Shown here: piece after piece, positions 21,601 to 31,003 of the stretch
Position numbering within the stretch: position 1 is the stretch's first letter
Layout of the letters: every line of letters starts with the position of its first letter
Source of the DNA: an uncultured Phycisphaerales bacterium
GTDB lineage: Bacteria > Planctomycetota > B15-G4 > CAYZWU01
Direction: 5' to 3'
Assembly (NCBI GenBank): GCA_964542475.1
Contig: CAZIUL010000009.1
Coordinates: forward strand, 65,818-129,817
Length of the DNA stretch: 64,000 nt
Made by a program: the position numbers and the translations under genes
Notes under the pieces: model-generated
Seen by the model: the letters and a program-made list of their open reading frames with translations, nothing else
What the model was told of the DNA's origin: nothing
The model's database searches: none

Positions 21601-21952
21601 GCTTCTTCACTTGGTTAAGCGGCATGCCAGGATCGAAAAGCGATTTGGGGTAACCGCTCACCAGGAGTCCGGTGATGGGGTCCGTCTCGATAATGGTTTC
21701 CGGGCTGACCACTTCAGCAACATTCCCCGCAGGATCAAGCAGTGACCTTCCGAAATATATCTCTTCCAGATAAAATTCGCTATCCCCTTGTTGCCCACCG
21801 GGATTGGAAGAACCACCTCCTCCACCCCCGCCGCCCCCGCCGCCCCCGCCGCCGCATCCCCCAAGAACCACGGCGACGACAAGAAAAGAACCAAAGCATA
21901 CCTTACCGAATCTAACTGCTGTGGACCCACTCATGTAACTTACCCTCAGCAA
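18668..21952 (-). CDS. Giant predicted surface lipoprotein, paralogue C (~1090 aa) with poly-Gly tether
   Basis: N-terminus ...MSGSTAVRFGKVCFGSFLVVAVVLGGCGGGGGGGGGGGGGGSSNPGG (ATG at 21934 with GAGG upstream, or TTG at 21952). Long Asp/Gly/Pro-rich body. 42 bp downstream of paralogue B. Confidence 0.7.
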   Translation of the reverse strand: MLRVSYMSGSTAVRFGKVCFGSFLVVAVVLGGCGGGGGGGGGGGGGGSSNPGGQQGDSEFYLEEIYFGRSLLDPAGNVAEVVSPETIIETDPITGLLVSGYPKSLFDPGMPLNQVKKLDLGSFGLTDLPNSSFKVPIIPRNSVLILDFSKELDSKCLNLDGNGFLTAQSPVQIRTDIDNLISVEAVLFGDRLVLNPVVEGAVGFPASPLIFDQAGNPIASQDGYLRIRIYSEGTGNNVLQSATGTSLSAREDLLGTPGKPVGFNPGNTYLDFINFGDISFNGFLPDLTPPRIIREVRYPSDQDEEGSVGNGSGLTAIVDPDMGPIWDPQNPENSFNDEANGGDGEWAGALLTLRQNTATEEKVRVDHNTPDTLYIVGQFNVPPDPGIPGVQDPDEYHLQRAEFFEPIPGTGDPLAAVDPDNYPKDDDDLEDAKNSDLFNFVIWEEWNENDEIWEEVDYDPGSSGTNSVDSNWRLSFRFSEAMDPGSFRPYETFYVCKGSVNIEDPGFDYMKVGRTAARKSNSILSFEPIVDDQFGLTGEQLVGFGGQPKSLRMTIRTVPPDQVLNDFYDSFGDDLPEGVEEDLEKIGVLGVMSLGGQALGLPAYFFDKGSKWCVAYSDSTGYGAFPPAVDFKYEFNIQAAPDPESRPENGVLVHRFMGLPETGTVGNPPISGGIFYDHQVDGQGDPMVYGPHIADIALGLNGFLSGHSVEFIEHIFDEWNPPPPSSPHYPDPLFALPFGTGTPVNSSYGSRFQHTYRRGDCSPDILAYEDTVLDLIGLSWAPIGGWITNSVIEKMSILISLTNIVPLSNDDNCDGIPDHPQSGLVQNFNQNRQPYVHTVVLGKNNDGVPYSMDWHNLYAPKNAGSQNFFYYVPWPEFDKPVGNPGFEYDSNQSMLIEYRTDPNTKASASISNGFTYHAAILSSALPRFRVYTRGDDPTSPNSVIGLVYGCTQPGKYPNAQGPLTNFTGKYGDNSRYFMIFDYVKRKSTIVSPYLGTDIQGGYDMQFINPIILPDLENIPEGTGLDLSFQTTANPYIPGSQSGWVQPGEVMGFNVNMAYKNYNYIRFKALFTANVDAGVVPSIDSIVIPYLIVED

Positions 21953-22395
21953 TAAAACCCTCAGAATCCAATTAAGCTTGGCTGCAACACAAAACCAGTA
22001 CCGACAATTGAAAACTCAAGCCTTCAATCAGAAAACCTGGAGCCCTTGTAAAATCATATACAAAAAGCGCCTACCGGGATTTTTTGGTCGATTCGCAACC
22101 TTGGCTCGGAAAAGACACAATAAGATTTTCGAAACAATATAGCCAATATGAATTTTAATCGAAATATCGGTTAAATCAAACTAATAACCTCCATTCCATA
22201 GCCGATAAAGCACTTAAAGCAATTACCATTCCCTCTCGGAACACAATGGTTGCCTGCAACCACATAGTGTACAACGAATTACACAAACACAACTTTTGGC
22301 TCGGGATCAGGTTGGTATCACAATGAGTGCCAAATCGCTCATCTTCTGTTTCAGTGGTAATATACTCACAACTCTCAAAACAGTAACCGGCTATC

Positions 22396-22460
22396 TAACC
22401 CGATTATTTCATACTCTTCGTCGCGAGGTCCCCGAGCAGAATAGGATGAAAAAATCGGGC
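22396..22460. repeat. Family-A palindromic repeat (short hairpin copy)
   Basis: taacccgattatttcatactcttcgtcgcgaggt ... aggatgaaaaaatcggg, i.e. the motif plus a degenerate inverted partner. Confidence 0.6.
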
Positions 22461-22465
22461 TTAGT

Positions 22466-23701
22466 TCAGGGATGAGTCATGGGACATGGATACAGGTAGC
22501 TATCGAGCCTTGAGCAAAGCCTCGAATCGGGCGTTAGCGTCTCCAGGGCTTTTCTTGCTCTTCTAACCATCGCAAGCTGTCTTCGGTTCACCAACACTGG
22601 TTCTTCCCGGACAACAAGCTTCCTTAATCCCAGAGACAGGGCCATTTTTTCGAGAAGCGGTTCGAGCCCGACCCTATTTAAAGCTGAGACATTTACAGAC
22701 ATTGCTCCTCGACTCATAGAAAAGGAGGCCGGCTGGATTTCTTTCCCTCGCTTCATTAGGTCCACTTTGTTATGAACGATGATAAGCCTTTTCTTCTCGT
22801 TTGTCGGGCGCTCATGGCTCTTGCTGAACGATGCGAATGATTCGGCTTCCCTGCAGTCAACCACGAAAATGAAAAGATCACCGTCGCGCTTGAGGTGCCC
22901 GGCCACCTGAAAAGCTTTGCGCATCAGCTCGGAGCCGCTGCAGCTCTGTTCGCCCGGTAAATCGAAAAGGCGTACCGGAAACCCATCGAGCAGCAGTCCG
23001 GCCTCAACAGGATCCCTGGTGGTTCCCGGTGTCTTTGAGGTCAATGCCCGGTGCTCGTCAAGAAGGGCGTTGAAAAGCGTGGACTTCCCAGCGTTGGCAG
23101 GGCCATGGATAACTACCCTGGGTGAGCTGTGGAGAAACCTCCCCACGCTGTAGCTCTCCTCGAGACGAATCGCCGATTTCAAGGCCGATGGCACCGTCCC
23201 ATCATCGGTTTTATGCTCCTCGGAACGAAGCACCAGTAGTGCCCCGACCAGCTTTTGTAACTTCTCCCTGAGAGTACCTCCTAGCAGGTGGGCAATAACA
23301 GCGGCCTGATTGCCGCCCTCACCGCGAAGCAGGTCGGTCAACAGGTCGTGGTCCAATGTTTTTTTCTGTAAAAGCCGGTCCCAGGAGGTTGCTTGCGCTC
23401 CGTAAGATGTCAGCAGCTCCAAAATGGATGAGGCGGGAGCCGAACCTCCGTGACAACAGATTTCATAGGCGGGAGGAGCCGTGCTCGTGCACACAACAAG
23501 CACTTCATCCAGAAGCCTGCCGGCGCGCTCGATAAAACCATAAGCTGCACGGCTGTCCGCTGGAAGCGGTGGCCTGTCGGTTCGAGCCCGCCGGAAAAAA
23601 CGAGCCAGCAACCCCTCGGATCCGATGCCTGTCAGCAGAATGACGGCAACACCTGACGGCGACCGCGGAGTCAGGAGAGCAACAAGAGGCATGTCGATCA
23701 T
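22466..23701 (-). CDS. mnmE: tRNA modification GTPase MnmE (TrmE)-like protein
   Basis: N-terminal MnmE-type domain (start MIDMPLVALL at 23701). Central G domain with GPANAGKSTLFNALL and TPGTTRD. C-terminal helical part lacks the canonical CIGK tail, hence the -like call. Confidence 0.6.
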   Translation of the reverse strand: MIDMPLVALLTPRSPSGVAVILLTGIGSEGLLARFFRRARTDRPPLPADSRAAYGFIERAGRLLDEVLVVCTSTAPPAYEICCHGGSAPASSILELLTSYGAQATSWDRLLQKKTLDHDLLTDLLRGEGGNQAAVIAHLLGGTLREKLQKLVGALLVLRSEEHKTDDGTVPSALKSAIRLEESYSVGRFLHSSPRVVIHGPANAGKSTLFNALLDEHRALTSKTPGTTRDPVEAGLLLDGFPVRLFDLPGEQSCSGSELMRKAFQVAGHLKRDGDLFIFVVDCREAESFASFSKSHERPTNEKKRLIIVHNKVDLMKRGKEIQPASFSMSRGAMSVNVSALNRVGLEPLLEKMALSLGLRKLVVREEPVLVNRRQLAMVRRARKALETLTPDSRLCSRLDSYLYPCPMTHP

Positions 23702-23796
23702 CTTTTCACGAAAAGTAGATAAAAGTGTGCTGCTGTACCGCACGGGTATAGACGGTCTTCAAGAGGCCGGTGCCAAATAACACCACCACGTCCGAA

Positions 23797-24558
23797 TCAC
23801 TTGTGCGCCGCAAAAAAGGCCAATGCGAGCCCCTTCAAGACCAGGTCCGGATCGTGATAATCCACGCAGGATGTCCTTGAGACGAATAGCGGCCCATCTC
23901 CTCCGGTCACAACCACGCGACACCCTTTTTCAGCTTCCGCAAGAAACCTCTCGACCAGCAACTCGACCATGGCCAGATAACCGTTTTCAACACCGGAACG
24001 GATGGCTGATTCGGTGTCCCTGCCAAGCAAAGAAGGCTGTTTTGCAGCTCCAATGTCAACGCTTGGAAGCCCAGCACAGCCGACAGCAAGAGACCGCGCC
24101 ATGAGGCCCAGTCCAGGCGCAATCGCTCCTCCCATAAAAGCTCCTGTTCCATCGATACGGTTGAAGGTTACAGCGGTTCCACAATCAACCACTATCAAAG
24201 GAGAACCGTATATTTTTTCGGCAGCCAGACAATCCAACAGGCGATCATGGCCTGTTTGTTCGGGTAGAGCAGTCAGGTTCGTGATCGGTAATGCAAAGTC
24301 ACGGCCCAGCACCTGCATCGATTTGGGAAACAGATCGCTGAAGGATGAAAAAACAGGAGGGTTCACGGAGGAAGCAAGGATCGGAACATCGTTTCCACGC
24401 TCTCGGAGCAGCCAATCCATCAATTCGGGCCAGGACTCCCGCTCGGCAACTGCCGAGCGTTTTCTGGTCAGCACATCGAGGTCGTCCAGAATTGCGGATG
24501 ATATCCAGGAATTTCCAAAGCTGAGAACCGCCACTCTCAAGGGGAGCACTCCCTGCAA
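23797..24558 (-). CDS. coaX: Type III pantothenate kinase
   Basis: 253 aa. Acetate/sugar-kinase fold motifs VVDCGTAVTFNRID and GGAIAPGLGL, characteristic of CoaX. Confidence 0.8.
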   Translation of the reverse strand: MQGVLPLRVAVLSFGNSWISSAILDDLDVLTRKRSAVAERESWPELMDWLLRERGNDVPILASSVNPPVFSSFSDLFPKSMQVLGRDFALPITNLTALPEQTGHDRLLDCLAAEKIYGSPLIVVDCGTAVTFNRIDGTGAFMGGAIAPGLGLMARSLAVGCAGLPSVDIGAAKQPSLLGRDTESAIRSGVENGYLAMVELLVERFLAEAEKGCRVVVTGGDGPLFVSRTSCVDYHDPDLVLKGLALAFFAAHK

Positions 24559-24643
24559 CCAATCAAAACCGTTTTCCGGTCAACGCCAAAGTTCACCTGG
24601 AAAAAGCGCGGGAGCTCTATGCTGTCCACAGGCAACGACTCCG

Positions 24644-25732
24644 TTAATCATTGGGAACAAAAAAGGTTTTCGTGATGTGCTTGCCGTGCCGGCTTATGAC
24701 CACAACGTATTTCCCTTCGTTCGGATGATCCTTGAAGTAGTTGATGGCTCCGGCCTTGTTATGAACCGGAAATCCGTTGATTGAAACAAGAATATCTCCT
24801 GCCTGTAAACCATAGCTGGTTCCAAGCGAACTCTTCTCCATGGCTGTCAGTTTCAGTTCCGTCTTCCCTGTCTTGGGGTTCGTCATCGATGCCCAGGTTA
24901 TTTTCGCCAGCTCGTTTTCATAGCCGGTGCGTAGCTGATCATGATCGTTCTTGGACACGAAAAAGTGATCCGGTTTGAATTCGGTGGTCTGTTCGGGAGG
25001 GTTCTTGAGGTACTCCTGAACCTCCTCGAAATCCTCCGGGCTTACAGCATTCTTGGCATCGGAGCCGGATCCATCCGCATTCAGGAACTCGAGGGAAACA
25101 GCCGATTGCTTTCCGCAATAGGAAAAAATCACCCGGTCTTTTTCGATCTTGAGAACCTTCCCGTTGAAAGGATGAACATCGTAGGGCGGCTTGAGCGGAT
25201 CGCCCTCCTTGCTCCAGATCTGCAGCTTGAACGGTTTCTCGCTCTCCTCCGCTTCCAGTTCCGGATAGTAAATTCTGGCCATGCTTTCCGTGGGATCGGC
25301 GGATTTCAGAATTATGATTACAGACAGGATGTCTTCAATCGGCCCTTCTTCAAGTGCATCGATTGTATCGTTATCCAGCTCGGCGGCTTCCACCCTTTTA
25401 AATCCGCTTATCGGTGCCTTCCAAATAGCGGAATAATTGTTGATGTCGATTACGGTTTCGCCGCGCTTTATGTCCCCCCTTTTGACTCCCTTTTCATAGT
25501 CGTTCAGAAAAACCTTTCCGCTCGTGGGCTGGAATTTTCCTTCGGCCTTCTTTTGGTAGATCAATATGAATGTAAACGCGATGCATAGGATGATCAGGAT
25601 GTTTAACGTCCAGATCAGGGTCTTGCTCCGGCGGATGTTCATTCGAAAAAGCATGGATGTATGCTCCAAATACCTATGGGCCAAATTGGCGATGTGTACT
25701 GGTGTAAGGTTTTTCGCCCCTGCGGAAACCAC
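24644..25732 (-). CDS. PDZ domain-containing membrane protein (GspC/PilP-like candidate)
   Basis: N-terminal TM helix (TLIWTLNILIILCIAFTFILIY). C-terminal PDZ-like segment GLQAGDILVSINGFPVHNKAGAIN. Lies immediately downstream of a pilT-family gene. Confidence 0.5.
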   Translation of the reverse strand: MVSAGAKNLTPVHIANLAHRYLEHTSMLFRMNIRRSKTLIWTLNILIILCIAFTFILIYQKKAEGKFQPTSGKVFLNDYEKGVKRGDIKRGETVIDINNYSAIWKAPISGFKRVEAAELDNDTIDALEEGPIEDILSVIIILKSADPTESMARIYYPELEAEESEKPFKLQIWSKEGDPLKPPYDVHPFNGKVLKIEKDRVIFSYCGKQSAVSLEFLNADGSGSDAKNAVSPEDFEEVQEYLKNPPEQTTEFKPDHFFVSKNDHDQLRTGYENELAKITWASMTNPKTGKTELKLTAMEKSSLGTSYGLQAGDILVSINGFPVHNKAGAINYFKDHPNEGKYVVVISRHGKHITKTFFVPND

Positions 25733-25918
25733 CTGTTCGCGTATACGAGCGAAAAATTTTTCGCCACAACGGTATCATTTCCATGAAGAATGTAAAACAA
25801 AAACATTCCTGACCAAGCCGGTGCAAAGCGTCGGGTCAGGTTGATCTATGCTTCTATGACCGGCGTTTGTCCAGGAAAATTCCCGGCATCAAGCACGGGA
25901 AAAACAGTTGGTGCCGTA

Positions 25919-27013
25919 TCAAGATCTTATATCCGCGAGCCTGATGCCCCTCGAAATCCCGCTGATAACGAGCTTCAACTCGTCGGGGTTGTCCGCTGCA
26001 TCCAGCGCCTCGTGGTACCCTATCTTCCCTTCGCTGTAAAGCTGGGCCAGGGACTGGTTGAACGTGACCGTGCCAAAGTACTCCCCTTCCCTCAGCGCCT
26101 TTGTGAGCTCGATGGTTCTCCCCTCTTTTATGATCTCCTTTACTGTCGGAGTATCAATCAACAATTCGCAAGCCGGAACGCGTCCGGTTCCATCTATAGT
26201 TTTAACGAGCCTCAGGGAGACCACTCCGGAAAGCACCAGCGAAAGCTGGAGACGGATGAGTTCGTGCTGGTGAGGGGGAAAATGTGCGAGAATCCGCTCA
26301 ACGGTCTGAACAGCGTTTACTGTATGAAGAGTGGAGAGCACCAGATGCCCCGTTTCAGCGGCTTTTATCGCCGCTTCCATTGTATCCATGTCGCGCATTT
26401 CGCCCATGACAATCACATCCGGGGCCTGTCGAACGGCATGTTTGAGAGCTGTTGTGAAATCCTTGGAATCCCTGCCGACTTCCCTCTGGGTAATGACGCT
26501 CCCCTTGTCGGTGAACACGTACTCTACCGGATCTTCGATGGTAATGACATGGCGGTGCATGTTGAGGTTGATGTGCTCGATCATGGAAGCCATACAGGTG
26601 GACTTGCCGCTTCCGGTGACCCCGGTTACCAGCACAAGACCACGGCTCAAACTGGAAAGCCTTTCCAGCTGTGGAGCGGGTAGGTTGAGCTTTCTGAAGG
26701 AAGGCACTTCGGATTGAATGTAGCGGAAAACCAACCCGGGCTCACCCATCTGTTTGAAGATGTTTACACGAAACCTCCCTACTCCGACTACGGCATATGA
26801 CAAGTCTATCTCTTCACCCTTGACATACCGCTCCATCCCCTGATCCTCGAGCAACTGGGCAAGAATCAGGGTTGCGAAATCCCGGGATATCTCATCCTCG
26901 GATATGAACTTGAGACCACTTTTCCCCCGAACAGTGGGTCTGCACCCTGTTTTCAAAATCAGGTCGGACGCGTTCTCTTCCATCGTGATCTTTAGTAAAT
27001 CGTTTAGTTTCAT
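25919..27013 (-). CDS. PilT/PilU-family type IV pilus retraction ATPase (second paralogue)
   Basis: 364 aa. Walker A VTGVTGSGKSTCMASM, Asp and His boxes. A PilT-like C-terminal region that diverges from the 8765-9829 copy. Confidence 0.85.
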   Translation of the reverse strand: MKLNDLLKITMEENASDLILKTGCRPTVRGKSGLKFISEDEISRDFATLILAQLLEDQGMERYVKGEEIDLSYAVVGVGRFRVNIFKQMGEPGLVFRYIQSEVPSFRKLNLPAPQLERLSSLSRGLVLVTGVTGSGKSTCMASMIEHINLNMHRHVITIEDPVEYVFTDKGSVITQREVGRDSKDFTTALKHAVRQAPDVIVMGEMRDMDTMEAAIKAAETGHLVLSTLHTVNAVQTVERILAHFPPHQHELIRLQLSLVLSGVVSLRLVKTIDGTGRVPACELLIDTPTVKEIIKEGRTIELTKALREGEYFGTVTFNQSLAQLYSEGKIGYHEALDAADNPDELKLVISGISRGIRLADIRS

Positions 27014-27221
27014 TTCTCTTCCCTAGGATGCCTGTGGCTTTCCTTGTGAGCCAGGAAACCTGACCCCCTTAGTTTACCGTAACCGCATATAGACCAACAT
27101 GTTAATTATCGGTTCTTCGAGTATGACATCTTTAATGGAAAACCGGGTACTAGAAACAGAATCGACGAAAAGAGGGGGCGGCAGGCAAAATCCGGAGCGG
27201 GTCAACCTGTCACATGATCAC

Positions 27222-28217
27222 TCAATGGGCTTTCAGGTCGAGTTCACTAAGGATTGCACCGAGAAGACGGTTCAGGCCTTGGCCGCTGTGAGATGATATG
27301 AGGAAAACAGGACAGCCGATAGCTGTTGAGATCTTGCCAAGGTTCAAAGGAGGCCCTGTGAAAACGTCCGCCTTTGTGATAGCCACCAGCTGCGGCTTGG
27401 ATGCTATTTTAGATGAATAGCTTTCGAGCTCTCTGAAAACGGTTTCATAGGCCTTCTCGAAAGAAGATTCGAGACCCTCGCGACAATCGATGAGATGAAG
27501 CAGAATACGGGTTCTTTCCACATGTCGGAGAAACCGGTCCCCGAGTCCGTGGCCGGAATGCGCACCTTCGATAAGGCCTGGAATGTCCGCAAAAACGATC
27601 CGGTGAAAATCCACATCCACTACACCCAGCTGAGGCACAAGTGTTGTGAACGGGTAATCAGCGATCTGGGGAGTTGCTTTTGAAATCCGCGAAAGAAACG
27701 TCGACTTCCCTGCATTGGGCAGGCCGATGATGCCGACATCGGCAATCATCTTCAGCTCCAGAATGACCGACCGTTCCTCTCCCGGCTTGCCTTTCTCAAA
27801 CCTTCGCGGGACCTGATCCACTGACGTGGCCATGCCTGCGTTCCCACGACCACCACGCCCTCCTCGCAGCAAAACGAAAGGTTTTTCAGAATCGGTTAGA
27901 TCCTTGAGAATATTACCATGAGAAGCATCTTTGAAAACGGTGCCTGGCGGAACCTTCAGTAGCAGGTCTTCCCCGGATTTGCCGGTGCAGTTGCTCCCCC
28001 CCCCGGGCTTTCCGTTCTGAGCCGCGAAACGCTGGTTGTTATGGTATTTACCAAGGCTTGCAAGGCCGGGTTCCACCATAAAGACAACGTCTCCGCCATT
28101 GCCCCCATTCCCTCCGTCCGGACCGCCTTTGGGGATGTACTTTTCCTTGCGGAAAGAAAGGCAACCGCTTCCACCACTTCCGGATCGAGCGTGAATAAGA
28201 ACCTCATCCTTGAACAT
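27222..28217 (-). CDS. obg: GTPase Obg/CgtA
   Basis: Obg fold with Gly-rich GGPDGGNGGNGGDVVF. G domain GLPNAGKSTFLSR. Downstream of rpmA, a conserved arrangement. Confidence 0.9.
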   Translation of the reverse strand: MFKDEVLIHARSGSGGSGCLSFRKEKYIPKGGPDGGNGGNGGDVVFMVEPGLASLGKYHNNQRFAAQNGKPGGGSNCTGKSGEDLLLKVPPGTVFKDASHGNILKDLTDSEKPFVLLRGGRGGRGNAGMATSVDQVPRRFEKGKPGEERSVILELKMIADVGIIGLPNAGKSTFLSRISKATPQIADYPFTTLVPQLGVVDVDFHRIVFADIPGLIEGAHSGHGLGDRFLRHVERTRILLHLIDCREGLESSFEKAYETVFRELESYSSKIASKPQLVAITKADVFTGPPLNLGKISTAIGCPVFLISSHSGQGLNRLLGAILSELDLKAH

Positions 28218-28453
28218 CTACCCATCTATCCCCAAGGTATGCCGTACAGAATATCGTTTCTTCAGGCGACAGGCGAAAAAAGGAAGTCATGTCCATGAGG
28301 AATTAATTGAGACAACGGAGGTGTTTAATTATTAATGAGTTAGCGCAATCAAGCCCCTTTTCACCAGCCACGGTAAAAAAAACCGTGTTTCTTAACTCTT
28401 GTCGGACTTGCCTGACCTGTCGGACTCTTCCGGAAGCCTTCTTCGCTATGAGA

Positions 28454-28696
28454 TTACTGCGCGTCTACGGAGATCTTTTTCCCCGGATGATATGTAACAA
28501 CCCCATCCACCAGCGAATACAAGGTAAAGTCGCGCCCCATACCCACATTCTTTGCGGGCTTGAATGGTGTACCGCACTGTCGCACCAGTATGGTTCCTGC
28601 AGTCACATACTGCCCTGCATACCGTTTGATGCCACGGAACTGCGCTTTGGAGTCCCTCCCGTTTCTTGAAGATCCCTGTCCTTTTTTATGTGCCAT
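28454..28696 (-). CDS. rpmA: 50S ribosomal protein L27
   Basis: [29 protein letters not shown]... is the canonical L27 sequence. The track ORF is extended by 6 upstream codons. Confidence 0.9.
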   Translation of the reverse strand: MAHKKGQGSSRNGRDSKAQFRGIKRYAGQYVTAGTILVRQCGTPFKPAKNVGMGRDFTLYSLVDGVVTYHPGKKISVDAQ

Positions 28697-28796
28697 AAAA
28701 CACCTCGTTATCATATGTCGAGCTGATGCTTTCCCTTTTCAACACATCCGGCTCTGATTCAGTTTCATGCTTCGTAAACGATGCCGTAAACAGTCG

Positions 28797-29120
28797 CTAT
28801 GATGCCTCAATGGACTTGATTTCAATCCTGGTATACTTTTGGCGGTGGCCTATGAGGCGACGGTACTTCTTGCGCCTCTTGAACTTTTGTACGCGAATCT
28901 TCTTCCCCAGCTCCTTCCCCTTTACAAGCCCCACGACTTTTGCCCCTTCGACAAAAGGTTCACCGATCTTTCCATCCACGAGAAGCACGCGGTCAAAACT
29001 GATCTCGCTGCCTTCAGCCGCCTGCTTCCAGTCGATGAGAACGCTATCGCCCTCTTTAACCTTGAACTGCTGGCCACTGTCCTGAAAAATTGCAAACACC
29101 ACTATTAACTCCTTCCGCAT
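28797..29120 (-). CDS. rplU: 50S ribosomal protein L21
   Basis: FAIFQDSGQQFKVKEGDSVLID...RRKKYRRLIGHRQKYTRIEI matches L21. Exact start uncertain; the true start may be a few codons inside the ORF. Confidence 0.8.
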   Translation of the reverse strand: MRKELIVVFAIFQDSGQQFKVKEGDSVLIDWKQAAEGSEISFDRVLLVDGKIGEPFVEGAKVVGLVKGKELGKKIRVQKFKRRKKYRRLIGHRQKYTRIEIKSIEAS

Positions 29121-29289
29121 GACCGGACGAGATGATTACTTGCCAGCCGATAACAACCGCGCAAAGGACTATCCGTTGCATCGTCCTCTGAAAACAAGGC
29201 TATTCCCGGCAAACAAAAGGCCGCAATCATATACATAACCGAAGCCTTGTTCAATCTTTTTTTCGAGTTGGTTCTGTTTTTTCAGGATT

Positions 29290-30846
29290 CTATGGGCGCC
29301 CATTCTCTGAGTTCTGGAAATCAACGGCTTCATTCTCGATTATGATCTCCCCTAACGGAACCCGCCAGGAACCGACAATGGTGACTTTTTTGTTGCTGAT
29401 ATCCTCTAACTCAAGTAATAAACGCCTTTTGTGGTTGTTTATGTAATCAGCTATCTTAGGGTTCACAACAATGTTCAGTTCCTTTTGCTTGTTTGTAACC
29501 CACAACCTGATTTTTCGAATGATGTTCAGGGTCGATGTCTCAAGAGAAGCCACGTAACCCGTGCCATTGCAGTTATCACACCGATCGAACACAGAAAGTT
29601 TTAAACTAGGGCGCACACGCTGCCTGGTCAACTCGATTATTCCAAATGGCGACATGCGGGCAAGCTTGATCCTGGCCCGGTCTGGTTTGAGGGAGTCTCG
29701 GAACATCTTTTCAACAGCACGTTTATGTTCATCCTCCTGCATGTCGATGAAATCACAGATGATCAAACCGCCAAGATCACGAAGCCGGAGCTGGCGTGCG
29801 ATCTCCTTCGCAGCCTCAATATTGATCTGAAATGCGGTCTCCTCCAGCTTTCCCCCCTTGAACTTGCCAGAGTTAACATCTATGGCCACCAAGGCCTCTG
29901 TCTGCTCAATGACAAGAGAGCCGCCTGATTTCAATGGTATGTCTCGGTCAAGAAGCATCACAAGTTCTTTTTCGACGTTATAGTGGTCAAAAAGCGGATG
30001 TTTACCCTTGTACAGCTTCACCGAATTCGCCTGTCTGGGCATCACGATCTTCATAAAATCGCTGATACGCTTATAAACATCTTCCGAATCCACCAGAACC
30101 TCCTCGACGTTCGAGGAATAAAGGTCCCTGAGAGCCCGTATGGCAAGATCGTTTTCCAGGTAAAGTGTGGCTGGAGCAGCCTGGGATTTGATTCGCTTCT
30201 GTATTGCTTTCCACAGGTTGTTCAGATATCTGATGTCCTTCTTGAGCTCCTGCTTGGTCTGTCCCGCCCCCGCTGTTCGTACGATCAGACCCATCTTCTC
30301 CGGAATATCCAGGCTATCAATGAGCTCTTTCAGCTTGTTACGTTCCGAATCATCCTCTATCTTGCGTGAGATCCCCCGCTTCGCTGTCCCTGGCATGTAT
30401 ACCAGATATCGCCCCGGCAAGCTGATGTATGTCGTGAGAGCCGGGGCCTTGTTCCCGATACCGTCCTTGGTCACCTGGACGATAAGGTCCTGACCCTTGG
30501 ATAGAAGCTTCCCGATGGACTGGGCATTCTTTTTGGAACTTTTCCTACCGGTTTTCTTTTTCTTGTCGTTTTCATCCGAGCCGGAACCCGATCCCTCTTT
30601 TTTCTGCTCCTTTACGTTTTCCATCAGATCTGAAACATGCAGAAAACCATGCCTTGAGCCTCCGAAATCAACAAATGCGGAATCTATGCTCGGCTCGATG
30701 TTAACGATCTTCCCCATGTAAATGTTCCCGATACGCGAACATAACGATGACCTCTCCATGTAGAACTCATCGAGCTTGTTATCTTCGAGTATCGCCACCC
30801 GGCTCTCTTCCGCCTCGGTGGCGTTAAACAGCATCACTTTTACCAT
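29290..30846 (-). CDS. rng: Ribonuclease G/E family endoribonuclease (Rng-like, 518 aa)
   Basis: N-terminal S1 domain (GNIYMGKIVNIEPSIDSAFVDFG). RNase E/G catalytic core with the DFIDM motif. Internal Lys/Ser-rich insert. Confidence 0.85.
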   Translation of the reverse strand: MVKVMLFNATEAEESRVAILEDNKLDEFYMERSSLCSRIGNIYMGKIVNIEPSIDSAFVDFGGSRHGFLHVSDLMENVKEQKKEGSGSGSDENDKKKKTGRKSSKKNAQSIGKLLSKGQDLIVQVTKDGIGNKAPALTTYISLPGRYLVYMPGTAKRGISRKIEDDSERNKLKELIDSLDIPEKMGLIVRTAGAGQTKQELKKDIRYLNNLWKAIQKRIKSQAAPATLYLENDLAIRALRDLYSSNVEEVLVDSEDVYKRISDFMKIVMPRQANSVKLYKGKHPLFDHYNVEKELVMLLDRDIPLKSGGSLVIEQTEALVAIDVNSGKFKGGKLEETAFQINIEAAKEIARQLRLRDLGGLIICDFIDMQEDEHKRAVEKMFRDSLKPDRARIKLARMSPFGIIELTRQRVRPSLKLSVFDRCDNCNGTGYVASLETSTLNIIRKIRLWVTNKQKELNIVVNPKIADYINNHKRRLLLELEDISNKKVTIVGSWRVPLGEIIIENEAVDFQNSENGRP

Positions 30847-31003
30847 TTTACATCCGTACGAATCAAACCCGGCATGCTGTCTCCCACAATCGAAAAAACG
30901 TTAACGGCACCAGATCAAGAACAAACATACAACTCCTGCTCTACTATATTCGTTGCTAACAATCAGCTATGCTCGATAAAAAAATAAAAATCCAAGGTCC
31001 GGA

